61,566 nucleotides of DNA, filler included, from Sphacelaria rigidula (GCA_964200075.2; 10 parts of 10 records of this genome joined end to end with filler, not necessarily neighbours in it); one strand, 5' to 3'; counted from the whole stretch's first letter, positions 35,481 through 49,125 are shown. A program made the numbers and translations. Notes: a model not told the origin generated them from the letters alone.

Positions 35481-38400
35481 GCTGGTCTCTCACACGAAAC
35501 AATGTCTCTCACCGATATCCAGTCGCGGTCGCAAGATAAACGTGCTGTCTGTACAATATACCCAACGTGAACAGACAGAAAACATCCGTTGAATCAAAAT
35601 GGCGAGAAGAACGGGCAAGACAACACAAAAGGGAGACACCGCTAGGTAGATACATGAAAAAATTGCGAGAAATGCGAGGTAGATAAAAGACAAAAGATTG
35701 CCTTCTCAAAGCCGCAAAATCGGCCAAATATTGATCCCCGGACTCCTCGCCCGTTTGATCTTCCATCACAGGAGCACATTCGTGAAAAGACACGTTGCCT
35801 GTGGGTCAGCCACATCTTGTGGGTAAATTCTACTCCCGTAAAATCACAAGATAGTCATGAGCGAGGACGAACGGACAGCTTTTACCCAAGCGCGGATAAA
35901 AGGCGGTACGGGCTCTCCAAACTCCTGAAGTGCTTCTAAACTGTGAACACAGTTGCTACATCGGACACGCTGATAGCACACACATATCTACATCGGCGCG
36001 GCGGGATTAACACTAGGAAAATTACGGAGACGTGCCTCATTCACTTTTTCGGCAATAGTAGCGTTTCTCGTCAGCAGACATGTAAAAAACTTGACATGTA
36101 CTTTGAACTGAACAACACACAAGTAGAACAGAATACATCTTTCTACCTATACGTATCTTCAAAGGAGTGTCACAATAGTCCGACCGCAAGTGCGCGAGAA
36201 AATGGATTTACGATTCATTAATCAGCGATACATATTTCTCTCACCGTACGATGGGGTTTTCGTCGGTAGGTTGAAGCCCCTGCACCGCCCCACTCGCACG
36301 GACCCTGAAGATTCGTTGGAACTCGCCGGTGATTGTTTCCAGTACTGCATCGACCTCGCTTAACGGGTTGTCGTCGCAGATCTGGGTGAAACGGATATCC
36401 ACAGGAAAGTCCACGTGCGTATGTGCGTACGTGCGTATGCGTGCTGGTGTGCTTTTGCGTGTTGATGTGTTTGTTGGGTAGGGGCGTGAGGAGACAAAAG
36501 CTGCGGTTGCGATGTCTGCACACGACTTATAGAGAGGAAAATGTATCGTTTACTGTCTACAACGTTTCTGCTGGTACACAATGGTCAAAGCCTTGTTCTA
36601 ATTCCTGTGACCAAAAAGTCTATTTTATCCTGAAAAAAATAAAAGAGAAATAATTCAGTATACGACCATCTACTATGACTCACTTCATTAGTCCCCTACA
36701 CCACGACAATGTGATTCTAACCTCGGTTCTTTTCACTACTACTCCCGCACTGTACCTACCCATTACCCTGTGAACGGGAGAGGGAAAAATGAGGAGGAGA
36801 TGGAGGGGAGATGGGGAGGAGGGCGTTCTCATGATCATGCATGCCATAGTCGTAAGACCGTTGACCTCGCACCCCTACAAAGCCGGGACGGAGCACGCCG
36901 GGNNNNNNNNNNNNNNNNNNNNNNNNNNNNNNNNNNNNNNNNNNNNTTAATTAATTAANNNNNNNNNNNNNNNNNNNNNNNNNNNNNNNNNNNNNNNNNN
37001 NNTATGTCGTGGGTACACAAAATTCGACTTAACGGTCGACGACGGAAAGGGACTGCTGAACCCCTCTCGCGATAAAAAATAAAGGCAAGCACCGCAGAAG
37101 GAATCTGGGTACTAAAATCTTTTTTTTTAAAGAAGCTCCTGTGTTGACCTTCCGCCCGTGTGACCCCGGCTGGTGCGCCCATAAATATATATATATATAT
37201 ATACCGAAAGGTGTAGACCATCGTCCAAAATAGAAGGGACGACAACACACACACATCGGACGTTTTTCTCGCGGGGTGTATTCGTCCATGTCGTCCGCCA
37301 TTACCAGAGTATATCAAGTCGCGTCATTTTCGCTTACTCATGTACTATAGCTTCTTCGTGAAATGTCGAATGTTGTATAGGTATATGTCGGAGCGAATTT
37401 CAACCACAGTTGTACATGAAGATGTTGCTCTTTCGTAGGGCAAAATATCAACTTCTGAGCAAACTCCTACTTTTGGAACACGAGCACACTTTTTCTTTCA
37501 TGTTTCAGCTTTTTTTTAAATCAGAACGCAATGTCTTCCGCGTTCTTCACACTTTTAATACGTGGAACAAAATCAATTGTGTTTCATCCACCATTCCGCG
37601 CTCTCATCGTTTGCGTTCCTTGATACCTATCATGCTACACCCATGCCAGATCTTCCCTCTTCTACTCATCACATATAGGACAGTTTCATAACCGATACAC
37701 ACGTCAAATCTCTGGCCCAACCTCTTGGTAGGAGTCATTACCTTTATTACTCTCTCCCAAGTTACATTAATTCTTTTCCGCGCCTTTCGTAGAGGACGGG
37801 GCCGCCGATAGGCGGCCCCGTCCGATCCTTGTATATATATATGTGTGTATCACTCGCCATATCACAGATTGAGTTGCAAAGCCGACAACACTTATTCCCA
37901 GCTGAAATTTCACCACAATTGTCCTGCAGCAAAGAGCACGAGTTGGGCACAGAGATATAGATACACACTGCCGTAGTTGGGTATGATGTATGTCTTGTTG
38001 GTGTTTGAACTTGAGCATCTTCTTCCATGGTCGCAGAGTCGCGCGGTGCCGGAACCATGCGGGGTATGGTGCGGGCAATAACCGGCGGTTTACTGCATAC
38101 ACAACCATGGACAGTGCAGGCAGACAAAGCTGCGAACTTTGTTCAAGTCCTTTTCACGTCGCACTGTAAGCAGAAAACATACATATAGCTCTGCGCTACC
38201 TGTACTGTACTTTGCCCGTTTCCCTTTCACGTCCTACCGACGCAGTGGTGAGCAAGCTGCAAGAACGAGCGTCGTGATGCATATTCAGTAGCTGACGGTA
38301 TATAACACCTCCATGCACCCAAAGTTACAGGCACCCGCTTTGTTTAGCCATACGTGGCGCATATTCCGCGCTAACTCTGCAGTATATGGCACCGCACGTA

Positions 38401-39380
38401 TTTAAGTACGATTTGATACTGTCCCGCACGGTATTGTACAGTTCAGTACAGCACCAAACCATGCCTATTGTTGTGATGGTCGTAACGTCATCAACGCACA
38501 GGAGAAACCGCGATCATGATTTTTCGCGTGTTCAATCGAAAAAGTGCTCTGGTATTGACATGGTAGACTCGGGACTACGGGGTTTCGGGACCTGTGTGTA
38601 TACATTTCAGAGGTTCATGCAGGTTCGACACTGTCATCACCAGACAAACGTGTACTGCGCGGCCATGAAGACATACACTCGCAGTCAGATATGGCGGAGG
38701 CTGTTGAGGAATCTGATCCCCTTGCCCAATTGATATATAAATTGGGGGGCAAGAGGATGAGTTTTCAACAACTTCTGCTGTCTCTCGATCCTTATCCACT
38801 GATACGGTGCGGTATGTTGGACTTGAGCAGCAGATGCTGCTTACAAATTTATGTATGTTGCCCAATTTCAGGTATTGGCGGGCAAAATGAGGATCTATTT
38901 CGAAGAGCTTCTGGTGTACGAATCCCATGTGCGAGTGTATATGGAATTTGTACAGCCTCTGATGTTCGAAATAAATCCTTTACCCTATATATTCCAAATT
39001 CGGAATCAGGATTTATTTCGAACAGCAGAGGCTGTGAAAATTTCCAGATTTCCATAGCAATTGTGCCTTCGAAAACAATCCAGGGGATTTTATTACTGAC
39101 ACAGATCTTCGAGGCCCCAACATTGAAAATCCTCTAGGGGATTACGAATACCCAAGATCCTCTTGAGGGGATTTCAGAACGAACGGAACCGAGGATGACG
39201 TTTGGAAATTCCTCGACAAGGTAGCCGAATGGCTGCGTGTGTCGGCTGATCAAATGGTTCGCTAGTTGTGTTACCGCAGACAGACGCGGTCCGTTGGTCA
39301 TATTACAGGATAAGGGGTGATTTCGAGTGTAGTGAAATGAGCTCAGCCTTGATCAGTCTCATTTGTTCTCGAATATTTAA

Positions 39381-39758
39381 CCGCCAGGGCGAGTCAACTG
39401 TTAAGTGAGCGTCATTTCAAGTTGAAGAACGGGTGTCAGACCCGGATGACCCACCCTGGCGGTCAAACTAACCCTTTGAACGCCGCAGATCGACACCTGA
39501 GTCGGATGGTTATTCTTCGAGTGACCGTGATGCCGACTCAGCACATGTGCACGTGGGCAGCCAAGCAAGGGCTAGGTTTATAGCGCTTTGACAGCCAGTA
39601 TGCGTCAGTGTTTCCCCTTGACCCTGAATGTAAGGCTGACACGATCTATCGTAGAGGTCGGGGGAAAGTTCTCTGACTGCCTAGGTATCCATCACTAAAT
39701 CGCCACCATTTTCCCTCGAAAAATGTAGTATACAGATGGCCCACTCACGGTCGAAGGG
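39381..39758. mobile_element. Two adjacent TTAA-type (piggyBac-like) MITE relics (39381-39462 and 39472-39758)
   Basis: ttaa|ccgccagggcgagtca...tgacccaccctggcgg|tcaa and ctaa|ccctttgaacg...cggtcgaaggg|tcaa. Confidence 0.45.
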
Positions 39759-40509
39759 TCAAAAACACGCAGTGGATAAGTAACTAAATACGTGAGACCT
39801 TTATGATTCTATCATGAAATAATGTCCAAGGGTCACTTTTTTAGCGCCGTTTTCTTCCTGCATATGGCACCTTGATCAAGTATACTCGCATTCAGTCTAC
39901 GAGTACAGTATGTATAATATTTGTTTTGGGTTTAGGTGGTGAAGATTTATGCATCGGTTGAAGGTGGATAGGACGATGACGTATTGGGGGATTGGGGCGA
40001 GAAGGAACCTTGTAGTTCGGCGAATCACTTCGTCTCAAAATGACATATGTCCGAGATGACGTATACCATATGTTCATGGTTGGCGTGTACCCTGGTGTGT
40101 GCCTCTTTTCTTGGCGTACACCATTTTTTCTTGACAGTACACCATTGCACGGACCTTGTTAATTCTCTCTATTAATAGTTTACTGGCCGGTTTTGGTCGG
40201 CATACCTCATTTCATAACACAAAGCTGTAGCACCCATTTTCTGATCAATCAAGTACCCCTAACAACATCTACGATTTTTACAGGGAGATGATTCTAAAAC
40301 ATATATTAATGCGGGCTTGTACACCTTGAGCCACCTACGGTAACCTTCCCCTTGCGTCTAAGATATCTGCTACATCGAGGAGTCTCGCGCACACCACACC
40401 CAAGAAGATCCGCCTTGTTTTCTGTTCTTCTGTGCGAGTAGTTCGTCCTTACATTGCCATAATTTTCCCATATCTTACGGCTGCTTCGATGTATCTTCGA
40501 TACTCACAG

Positions 40510-40741
40510 ACTCTCCGACTGCACCGCGACGGAGAACCATCCGGCTCGTTTCAAAACCGAAAGACATATCGAGGTCACTCCAAGCCCGTAACTCGCGCTG
40601 TGTACGGGTCATCCAACGAAGTTCTGTATAGCTGCTCGCGCGACACTGCCGTGCGACAATGGAATCGCTTGGGAGGAGAGGAGGCTCTTCAGGTGTTTGA
40701 AGGGCACACATTGGCGTGCACTGCGGTGGGGCTCAGTGCAG
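40510..40741 (+). CDS. WDR31: WD40-repeat protein exon (WDR31-like)
   Basis: tcacAG acceptor, G|GTactg donor; YRGHSKPVT...LYSCSRDTAVRQW...FEGHTLACTAVGLS (GH...W WD40 blades). Confidence 0.8.
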
Positions 40742-41298
40742 GTACTGCATGATTTCCTAAGAAGCAAGGATGATCACGTGCTTTGAGCAGTATTGGAGCA
40801 GACAGCCAGTCGTTGACATCGCCGTCCCCCCCGGCGAAGCAGCAGATGAATAAGCGTTGTATAGTTCTTGTCCTCGTCACACTGTGTTCATACCAGTATG
40901 GTATACTGGGTCGCCAGCTGCCTTTAATCTTGCCATTCCCGTACGTATTGGGTGCGAGAAATACCCGGACAGTGTGCATAGTTGACATCACCAGCGCTGG
41001 AACCCAGCGCGGACCTTCACGTGCGGGTCATCGGTATATACAGGGCACGCGCCGCACCGAGTCCAGACAAGTACGATAGGCAATATATATATATATATAT
41101 TTGTCTGAATATTTGTGGTACTCATCTTGCAAAACGATGTCATCAAGCCAATCTCCTTTGCACGATAACAAAGTCTCACTTGGTAGAGCTCTCTCTATCG
41201 CCCCTCCCTTTCCCCTCTTATCGACCACCATGCTCCGCAAACCACACGCGACCACCCAAAAAACTGTTCTCGATCCTTGGTGGCATACTGGCTCCAAG

Positions 41299-41558
41299 AC
41301 GAGAAGACTCTGTGCTCGGGATCTCGTGATGCCAGCGTCCGGCTGTGGGACGCGAATACCGGATATTGTCAGAACTCTGTCATGGTGTCGCGCAACATCG
41401 TGACGTGTCTCAAGTATGCCCCTGCTTCCAGCGGCGGACCCACGTCATCATCGACGGTGGTGGTGCAGGGAGGAGAAGACCTCAAATTGCGGGTGTGGGA
41501 CTTTCGAGAAGGAGGGCAGACCCCGGCCCTAACAATACAGGGATACACGTACTTCCCT
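41299..41558 (+). CDS. WDR31: WD40-repeat protein exon (WDR31-like)
   Basis: Phase-1 join to the previous exon. DEKTLCSGSRDASVRLWD...VSRNIVTCL...VVQGGEDLKLRVWDFR matches the WDR31-type SRNLVT and QxSED motifs; donor GTgagt. Confidence 0.82.
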
Positions 41559-42171
41559 GTGAGTACTCACATGTCCTCCACTCTGAGTGCTATGCGCAAT
41601 GCTTCTTCAGATCGACGTTGGGTGGATTCGAGCGCACGATAACGTTGTGCGTTAGTCGCAAAACATGCTCGTTTGCCGGAAGGAGTCCAGTGCGGTCCGG
41701 TGGGGAGCATGTCTCGGTACAAGGGGCGTTTCGCCTTTGGGGCTATTGATAGTTCTTCACTACAGGCTTTGCATTCCATCGCGCAACCGAATATGCCCAC
41801 GACATTTTAACGTTTTGATGAGGAATGCTTTCGTATCTGCAAGTGAAGAAGATCTCCGCTGCATTGAAAACCAACGCCTTCTAGAAGTGGCCTCAACAGT
41901 TGTATTAAACAGGGGATGCTGCAAAATGGGGAATAAAACCTTTTTATGGGAACGAAAAAACAAATGGTGCTCGGAATCGTGCGAAACGGTACATGCCGTA
42001 CGCTGACGTACGACGGGGAACTATCCCGAAAATGCAACAGCCCGAAAGGCACCAAACAGCGGTAACAACTTCTAGCTCTCGCAAGTTGCCGACAAGTCGT
42101 TCCAAAAACCATCCTCAGACGTTCATCAAGATCAACACTTACCTAATCACCACGAATAACAGTGGATCCTG

Positions 42172-42890
42172 AAAAATGAGGTTCGTATCAAAAATGAGGT
42201 TCAAGTGGCATATCTTTTTTGCAGGGACGACCCGAAACAGTAGCACAGAGCGAAACCATCTTCCCCCCCCAAACTCCGCAACTGTGAATCGTCAGTTGTG
42301 GCTAAGTGCACCGAACGACTGCGGTGTACACGCGTGTCGATGACGATATCACCAGAGAGAGAAGCAACGCCAGAGAAGAAGCTCCTCCTCGCCCGTGTCC
42401 TTTGTGTGCCCTCGCTGGGCGATTACCAATCGCTCGAGAGACTGGCATCATGTGCGTTACCAGCACGTGCCGAATTTCTCATGTGCCTGTAGGTATCCCC
42501 AAAGCACATCGAGCTGCGGAGAGATTTCGTTTCTTTGCCTGTGGAGGTCATCAATACGAAGATCGATTTTTCTCTGCCTCTCATTTTGGACAGGACGCGC
42601 TTCTGTGCGCTGAAAAACTGAGCAATGTTCCCGTCACCGCTACTACTGTTCTCTGTCACACACATGTCAGCAAGGACAGTGCGCTGCGCGGCAAAAATAA
42701 CAGATGATCCAATCTGAACTTGGGGGGTGTTATTCATCGTTGATTTTACGCGACATGAGCACAAGAGCCTGCCACAGGCCAATTGGGGTGTGTGTGTGAG
42801 AGAGAGATCAAAAACGTGTGGAGACCTTCTTGACATGCGGAGTGACAAAAGATACCTATGGTGGTGACCTGACTGTTGCTAGCGTGGTGC
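42172..42890 (-). mobile_element. Second copy of the element at 31690-32662
   Basis: Reverse-complement similarity over ~700 bp. Confidence 0.85.
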
Positions 42891-43336
42891 AGAGGGGTGC
42901 GTCAGCTGCGATCTGGAGCTGTCGTTGCACTCCTCTTCTGGCTTCCATCTGCACAGCTAGTAAGCACATGTTAGTATATACCCGAATTCGAAACAGCTAC
43001 TGTATGAAAACAAAACAGCTCGGTTTTCGCAACTCCGTCGAGATAACTGAAATGGCTCTTCTTACCCGNNNNNNNNNNNNNNNNNNNNNNNNNNNNNNNN
43101 NNNNNNNNNNNNTTAATTAATTAANNNNNNNNNNNNNNNNNNNNNNNNNNNNNNNNNNNNNNNNNNNNCCGACCTCATGATGATGAGTACACCCCCCCCG
43201 TCCCCCCCCCGCGCGCGCGCCCCGCCTTTGATGTGACAGGTACGGATAGCTAGAATGGACCTCGAAATGTTTCCCGCCCCCCACCCCACCCTACCCCACC
43301 CGCCCGTCTCATCCGTCGACTACCCGAGACATGCAG

Positions 43337-43582
43337 GTGCTCTGGACAAAATATTCCCCCCGCAACAGCTCCGTCCCGACCTCTCGTCGTCAAGAGGAGC
43401 GAAGCCGTACCGAACATGGAGTTGCTGGCGGGGGTGACCGCAAGCCCCGGATCTACTTCTGCGGTGCACACGACGAGACCGCGAGCAGAAGCGGCGGCGG
43501 CAGCGGCGCGGAAGCTACGGCTGTGTCGACCGACCCTGCGGCGGGCGTGGCCCACTACATGCGCGTTATCGCGCTACTCCAG
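43337..43582 (+). CDS. DNPH1: DNPH1/RCL-like nucleotide N-hydrolase domain, exon A
   Basis: atgcAG acceptor (or ATG at 43331), CAG|GTgggg donor. KPRIYFCGA...HYMRVIALLQ, compare DNPH1 LYFCGS...LYERIVSRLR. Confidence 0.6.
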
Positions 43583-45517
43583 GTGGGGTTCCAACACAAT
43601 TCTTTCGCTCTCAAGGTGGTGATGATCCTTCGAGGACTATGGCCAATGGGGTAGGCTGTACACGTTGTAATTGGGATGGGGATCGGAGGGTGGTGGCGGT
43701 GGCGAGCGTGGGGAGGGGGTGTGGGGTGTTCCCGAGGCGGGGCTGCATGCCCGTTCCTGGCCCCGCCGTTGCCCGGCGGGGATACCATGCCATTGCTCTT
43801 CTTAGCTGTTCGTGCCCAAGCTGGCGCCGTGTGAGCGCGAAGCGCAAACGCGTAACATGCCGTGTCATGCCGTACTTCGTCCACGACACACCCATTTTGT
43901 CATCGTCCGCCAGCTTGATCGTTTCCTTCAACCACAGGGAATTTTTGTCATCAAAACACAAAATTCGCCACCTATCGGGACCGAGGGGGGCCGAGGGCGA
44001 GGGGAGGGGAGGTTCCCAGGCGTGCGTGGTTTTTTGGGCGGTGAAAAACCCGCCTAGGTTCGACATGCCACCTTGGGTCCTTCAAACATGCCTCCCAGCC
44101 TGCTATTCCACCTGCGCACTACCTTGCAGACCAGACGTTCGCAACCACGCTCGCAGGAACTGTGAACCGTTCTAGATATTGTTCGGCATGACTCGTGTTT
44201 TTTTTTTGTTTCACGGTCACCCGGTGGGTGGGTCATGCCCCAGAGTACAGGGAAGGAGAAAGAACCACAGGGGATGTCTGTCTATGCTGCGGTCAACAAC
44301 CGCGACGTGAGAGCATCATCGTCGCCGCCAAGGCCCTCAGGCTGTGGGCGTTGCCCAGGGCGAGGTGATCACTCTATGATCGATGTACGTACAGTACAGA
44401 CCGATGATCGTGCCCTTGAACGCGGGGGCGATTCGGGCATCAAATCGTTAGAATCCTTAGCGGAATATATTTGCCGCCCGACTTCGCCGTTATCTGTCTT
44501 ACACGTTACAAGAGCCAGGCTGCAAGCGTCCGTGGGCCGCTGGTTGTATGTGTGTGCGCGCGTTTCGCCATGCTCTCCGCTGCAACCGAAACGAATTGCT
44601 CGTGCGCCCACACGATTCTTCAGAGTCTGCCGCCACTGCGGCTGCTGCATCCGCCCTCCAATCACTACTTCATCTTGCGCCCGTTGTGGAATGCTCCCGC
44701 GTAGCGTGACCTCCCCCTACTGGGCCCTCGTACCCAGCGGGAGGACCCTGCGGCCAGTGTTTGCGGAGGTATTGCCCCACTCCAGGTAGTGTAGTTGCCA
44801 AAGTAGAGAGGCCGGGGGCGTGGGGTTGGGCGAATTACCGGTAGGCGTGCCTACGGCGCCCGAGGTCAGACGAGAAGAAGAGGAGGGAGGTTCAGAGATA
44901 CGTCGGAAGGAACGGCGGTTGGTAGGACGTCTAAGATGATCTCGTTGCCACCTACTTGCACGGCTCTGCGCACAGGGGAAATATGGTTGGTTGTGTACAT
45001 ACGACGAGTCTGAAGTGTTCGGGACGGACGGAGGGTAGGTACACCGGGGGGGTCGGCATTCCGGGCACCGCCCGTAAGCTGCTTGTGGCCCCGAGGGGTC
45101 GAATCCCGCTCGCTTGCCACCCCGTCCCCTGCCCCCCGCCCGTCCGACACACCCATCTCACCCGCGTTTCCGCGAGCCAACTTTTGAGGTGAGATTTATA
45201 GCTCGGCCTTGTTATTTCACCACCGGAGCCGCCCTGCACGCTTTTTTTTGACGACGGCTGGGCTGAAGTATCTGCCCCCCCCCCCACCCCCCCCACCTGC
45301 CATACACATAAGTACAGTTCCGCTTTCACACCTTCTTCTGTCTCCCTGGCGGACAGACCCAAGATTACCTCTACCATCACTGGGCGCGGGTCGGTCGCCG
45401 ATATGGGTTTTGATCGATCGCGCATCGTATTGCTGACTCTTAGTCCATCTCGAAGTTTCTGTTGTCGTCAACAAGAACCTCATGGATGAACACGCACACG
45501 CATACATCGAAAAACAG

Positions 45518-46162
45518 GAGCACGGGGACGTGGTTTCTACGCTCCTGCCGCCCCCGGAGGATAAGGTGGCGAGGCGACGCCGTGAGCGCTCTCGCACGGG
45601 TGCGGTTGCCAAGGCGTTGGTGCCGTCCCGGGATGAAAAGCAGCCTATAAACGCCGATGGCGCAGCGCAGGTCTCTCCGAAGTCGGCCGCCGACGATGCC
45701 ACGGAAGGAGTGAAGAAGGAAGATGGGATGGACACGACAGATGTCACCAGGGCGGAGAGTGCCGACAAAATGGTCGACGAGGAGGACGATGGTGAGATAA
45801 GAGATGTAGTGAACGGCACTGGAGAAGGCAATGGTGGTAAGATCGGCAGCGTTGGTGCTGGGGATGAAGAAACCGCGAGGGATGAGAAGAGAGAAGAAGG
45901 TAGTGTCGGCGGCGGGACTGGCAACGAAAACGGCACGACGGTAACCGAAAGCAACGGGAAAGATTTGTCGAAGAGTGAGGAGGGAAACGAGGAGGATGGA
46001 GCGGCTATGGTTGTGGTGGCCAGCAAGGGCAAGGGCGGCGACGTTGCTGGGGCGGGCAGCGCAGCGGTCGTGCCGGCGGTGGAGACTGAGGATCTGAGAG
46101 ACGTGGACGTTTACAAGAGGGACATCGCGTGGCTTCGGTCAGCCCAGGGAATGGTGGCGGAG
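45518..46162 (+). CDS. DNPH1: DNPH1/RCL-like domain exon B with a ~190-aa acidic low-complexity insert
   Basis: aaaaacAG acceptor, GAG|GTgggt donor, phase 0/0. EHGDVVS (compare RFGTVLT) ... DVDVYKRDIAWLRSAQGMVAE (compare DRLIHEQDLEWLQQADVVVAE). Confidence 0.7.
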
Positions 46163-48918
46163 GTGGGTAGCGGCGCTTGCGAGCGAGCGAGTGAGCGTTA
46201 TTTTGCTGCAGCTGTGTTTTGCTTGGGTGATGTGCCGATTTAACATTGTTTTGATGATGTGACTTCGATGGTTCGTGGTGTCACGAGCCATTTGTCGGAA
46301 GATATGATTCGGCACTACTTTCACGGCACTGAGATTATGTGTGTGCTGCAAACGCACGCATGGAAGTACAGTGAAGTACTCTCCCTCGTTGTCAAACTCC
46401 GTTAAATTATATCAAAATGAATAGTGTTAATGTCTCTCCGCCTCGGTCTTCAATCAAGTGAAGGCTGAATATTTTCCAATACTTCATTCAGTACAAAAAT
46501 GAAGCATCATAGTTTTTTTTCGTAACACGCTCTGTCTGCAGGAGGAACAAAGTCACCGTCAATCACCACGCATGAGTATGGCCAGAGATCACCCGTCCGC
46601 ACACGGTTACGTTGTGTTTTACCCCTCATAGTTTGAAAAGCCCCTGTTCAGGAGCCTACCAATACTAATTTCGTGCGCTGGTAGGCGCGGAGTCTACCTC
46701 TTTCGGGAAATTCACACTGTGCACAAGTAGCTCAAGTAGTAGCTCCGGTGAGGGTTGACAACCTAGGAATTGATTTTGACGCACCACTCTTGAATCAACA
46801 CAAATGCGGAGAAATAATCTGAGCTAGGAATCGATAATGTTTTACTTCGTTACTCTACGTCCGGTGGGGGCTTGGAAGGTTGACGGAACACCATTCTACT
46901 CGGTTTGGGTCTTGCTTGTTGGGATAGATTCGCTACTTGAGTAGCGCTGCCAGGTCGGCGGCAATGTGGTCAGGCTTCCTATTCTTATTTCGTAGTCAGC
47001 TGTCATTTTCACGCACCATTCAAATCGAACGAATGTGGACAAACAAACTCCCTCAATTCATTATGCATTATTCAAGGATCAAATATTCCGATGAAACAAG
47101 CGATGCACCCTGGTTGTGACTGTAAATAAAGACAAGCCCAAACTGGAACGCTAAGACTGTACAGTGTTGTACAATGCAGTACAATGTCTGTAAAGTCCAT
47201 GGGTATCATCGAGGATCAGATGGCGAAAAACCTCTGGAGAACGTGATTTCTTGTATCCATTGCGTGCTTGCTGTACTGTAAGATCACGGGGATCGTCCTG
47301 GTATCTGATGTGTACCCGGCTGCTGCTGTTGCTGTTCCTTTGCATGGATTTGGTCTGTCACTGCGCTCTCAACTCTACAGTCTGCACCGGCCGCTGATCT
47401 GGTGACGGAACCAAACGCTGATAGTCGGTCGCTGTTATCCCGTGCGATTTGATAGTACAGAGATCACAGTAGCGATGACTTCGTCGCCACCAGTAAATGG
47501 TATACGTTTTCCCGAGTACGCCCGCTCCAGCACACCCCGCTCTTTTTACTCAGCCTTCGGAAGGACATACATGGATTGCAGTTTATGCGTTGCTCGCAAC
47601 GTCAACCCGCAACGACACCGGTTATCGTAGCGTGATGTGAAAACGTCGAGGCAGCTACGTACTCCTGGATAATACAGTGCAACAGGGCGCAGTCAGAACA
47701 GCACCACAGTGTGTCTATACAGCACATTCAGCAGTATGCTGCATTGCCTTGTGTACATCCTGCATTTCTCCGTCCTTGACTTTTCTGTTTTCGATTGGCG
47801 CGACTTCATGCGCACATGAAGTGCTCCGCCACCGAAGGTTGTCGAGTCGTGCAGAGGGAAGGGAGTCCATACGAGTTGGGTCTCAGTACATCGGATTGCT
47901 TCATTTCGGTGTGATTCTAGGAGCATTAGCTGTGCGCGTGTTCATGGGCATGAGCGGAGCGTGCACGATTCTGGAGACCACCGATGTGGTTCAATTTTAC
48001 TGCGGTATCCAAACGTTCATTGGATCTTGGATAGTGATACATTTCGCGTGACGTTTTTCACGACCACTTCGCCGTTAGACGGTGGGCCGCAGGGTCAACG
48101 ACCCCTGTCACACAGAGAACTCAAGGTAGGGAGCGTGGCGTGTACCGGAACAGACAACATCGTGGCGACTGTACTACTCCGACTCATACCTCTCCTCTGA
48201 CGTTTCCTCCAGTTTCCCCAGTCTGTCTCATATTTCATTTGCTTTTATTGAGGACGGGTTGGTCAGGGAACCCCGAGGCCGACGCGGCACCCCAGTTCTC
48301 TCTGAAGTGTGTGATTCGAGCGCTCGTATGAGTTGTGTGCTTCGAATCCGAAGGCGCCGGGCTGTAGCCTTTTTCAGGGCACGCCCCGCGCTCAGCAACC
48401 CCTTACCCCCTCCCCGAAAAATCACTTATCTTTGCAGGTTTTGAGAGTGCGATTGAAAAGCAATTGAAAAAAAAGTCCAAAACCTGGGATTTGTCAGCGG
48501 CGCGGTAGTGTACGCGGTGTCTGAATAGCGAGAGCGTCACTGGAACGCACGATTTATCCATGTGAAGGATGTAGTATATTGAATGTATCCAAGGAAACGA
48601 AGAAAAGTGGCCAATGGTCGGTATAATGTCGAACAACCCGGAGACTCTTGAGAGGCTAACCCCCCCACCCCCACCCCGACCAGCATCCCCAACGGTGAGC
48701 TTCCTTGATTATTTCGTAGAGGTTACAGTTAGCCGTGGAGTTGGAAGTCCTCACCTGCTTATACTGATGCACTGGGGTTGAATTCAGATCCATTTTTTGT
48801 TGTTGGTCTTTTTATTCAAAACCTCCACGAGTGCAAGAGCTGTGGTTGATATCTGCGGCACTGTTGTCATGTGCGTCAGCGGTGGCCTACGATTAGCATA
48901 TGAATTATGGGCCCTCTT

Positions 48919-49036
48919 AGGAACGGCCATACCACGTCAAAAGCACCAGATCCCGTCCGCTCTGTGAAGTTAAGCGGCGTCGGGCAAGGCTGGTACTATG
49001 GTGCTGGACCACGTGGCATGCCCTGGTGCTGTTCCT
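48919..49036 (+). rRNA. 5S rRNA-derived sequence (diverged copy, pseudogene or SINE head)
   Basis: 118 nt: aggaacggccataccacg...gcaccagatcccgtccgctctgtgaagttaagc...ggtactatggtgctggaccacgtggcatgccctggtgctgttcct, with closing helix aggaac/gttcct. Deviates from the usual 5S consensus around the C box and has no T-run directly after. Confidence 0.85.
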
Positions 49037-49043
49037 TGCCGCT

Positions 49044-49125
49044 GCACCCCGGTGGTGCAATGGACTAACTGTCGCCATTGAGGTGGAGAGAAAGTGGGTT
49101 CTATTCCCGATACGTTGGTTTTTTT
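49044..49125 (+). mobile_element. tRNA-derived module directly fused to the 5S copy
   Basis: ccccggtggtgcaatgg (A box), gggttctattccc (B-box-like), then a T7 run. Confidence 0.55.

Noticed and set aside
34719..35502. NQPT-rich ORFs
   Set aside because: Translations of the GGTT/GATT microsatellite.
45217..46032. 271-aa Ser/Pro-rich minus-strand ORF
   Set aside because: Antisense shadow of the acidic DNPH1-like exon.
48919..49036. Functional tandem 5S rDNA array
   Set aside because: Single copy in the contig, substitutions near the C box and no immediate terminator.
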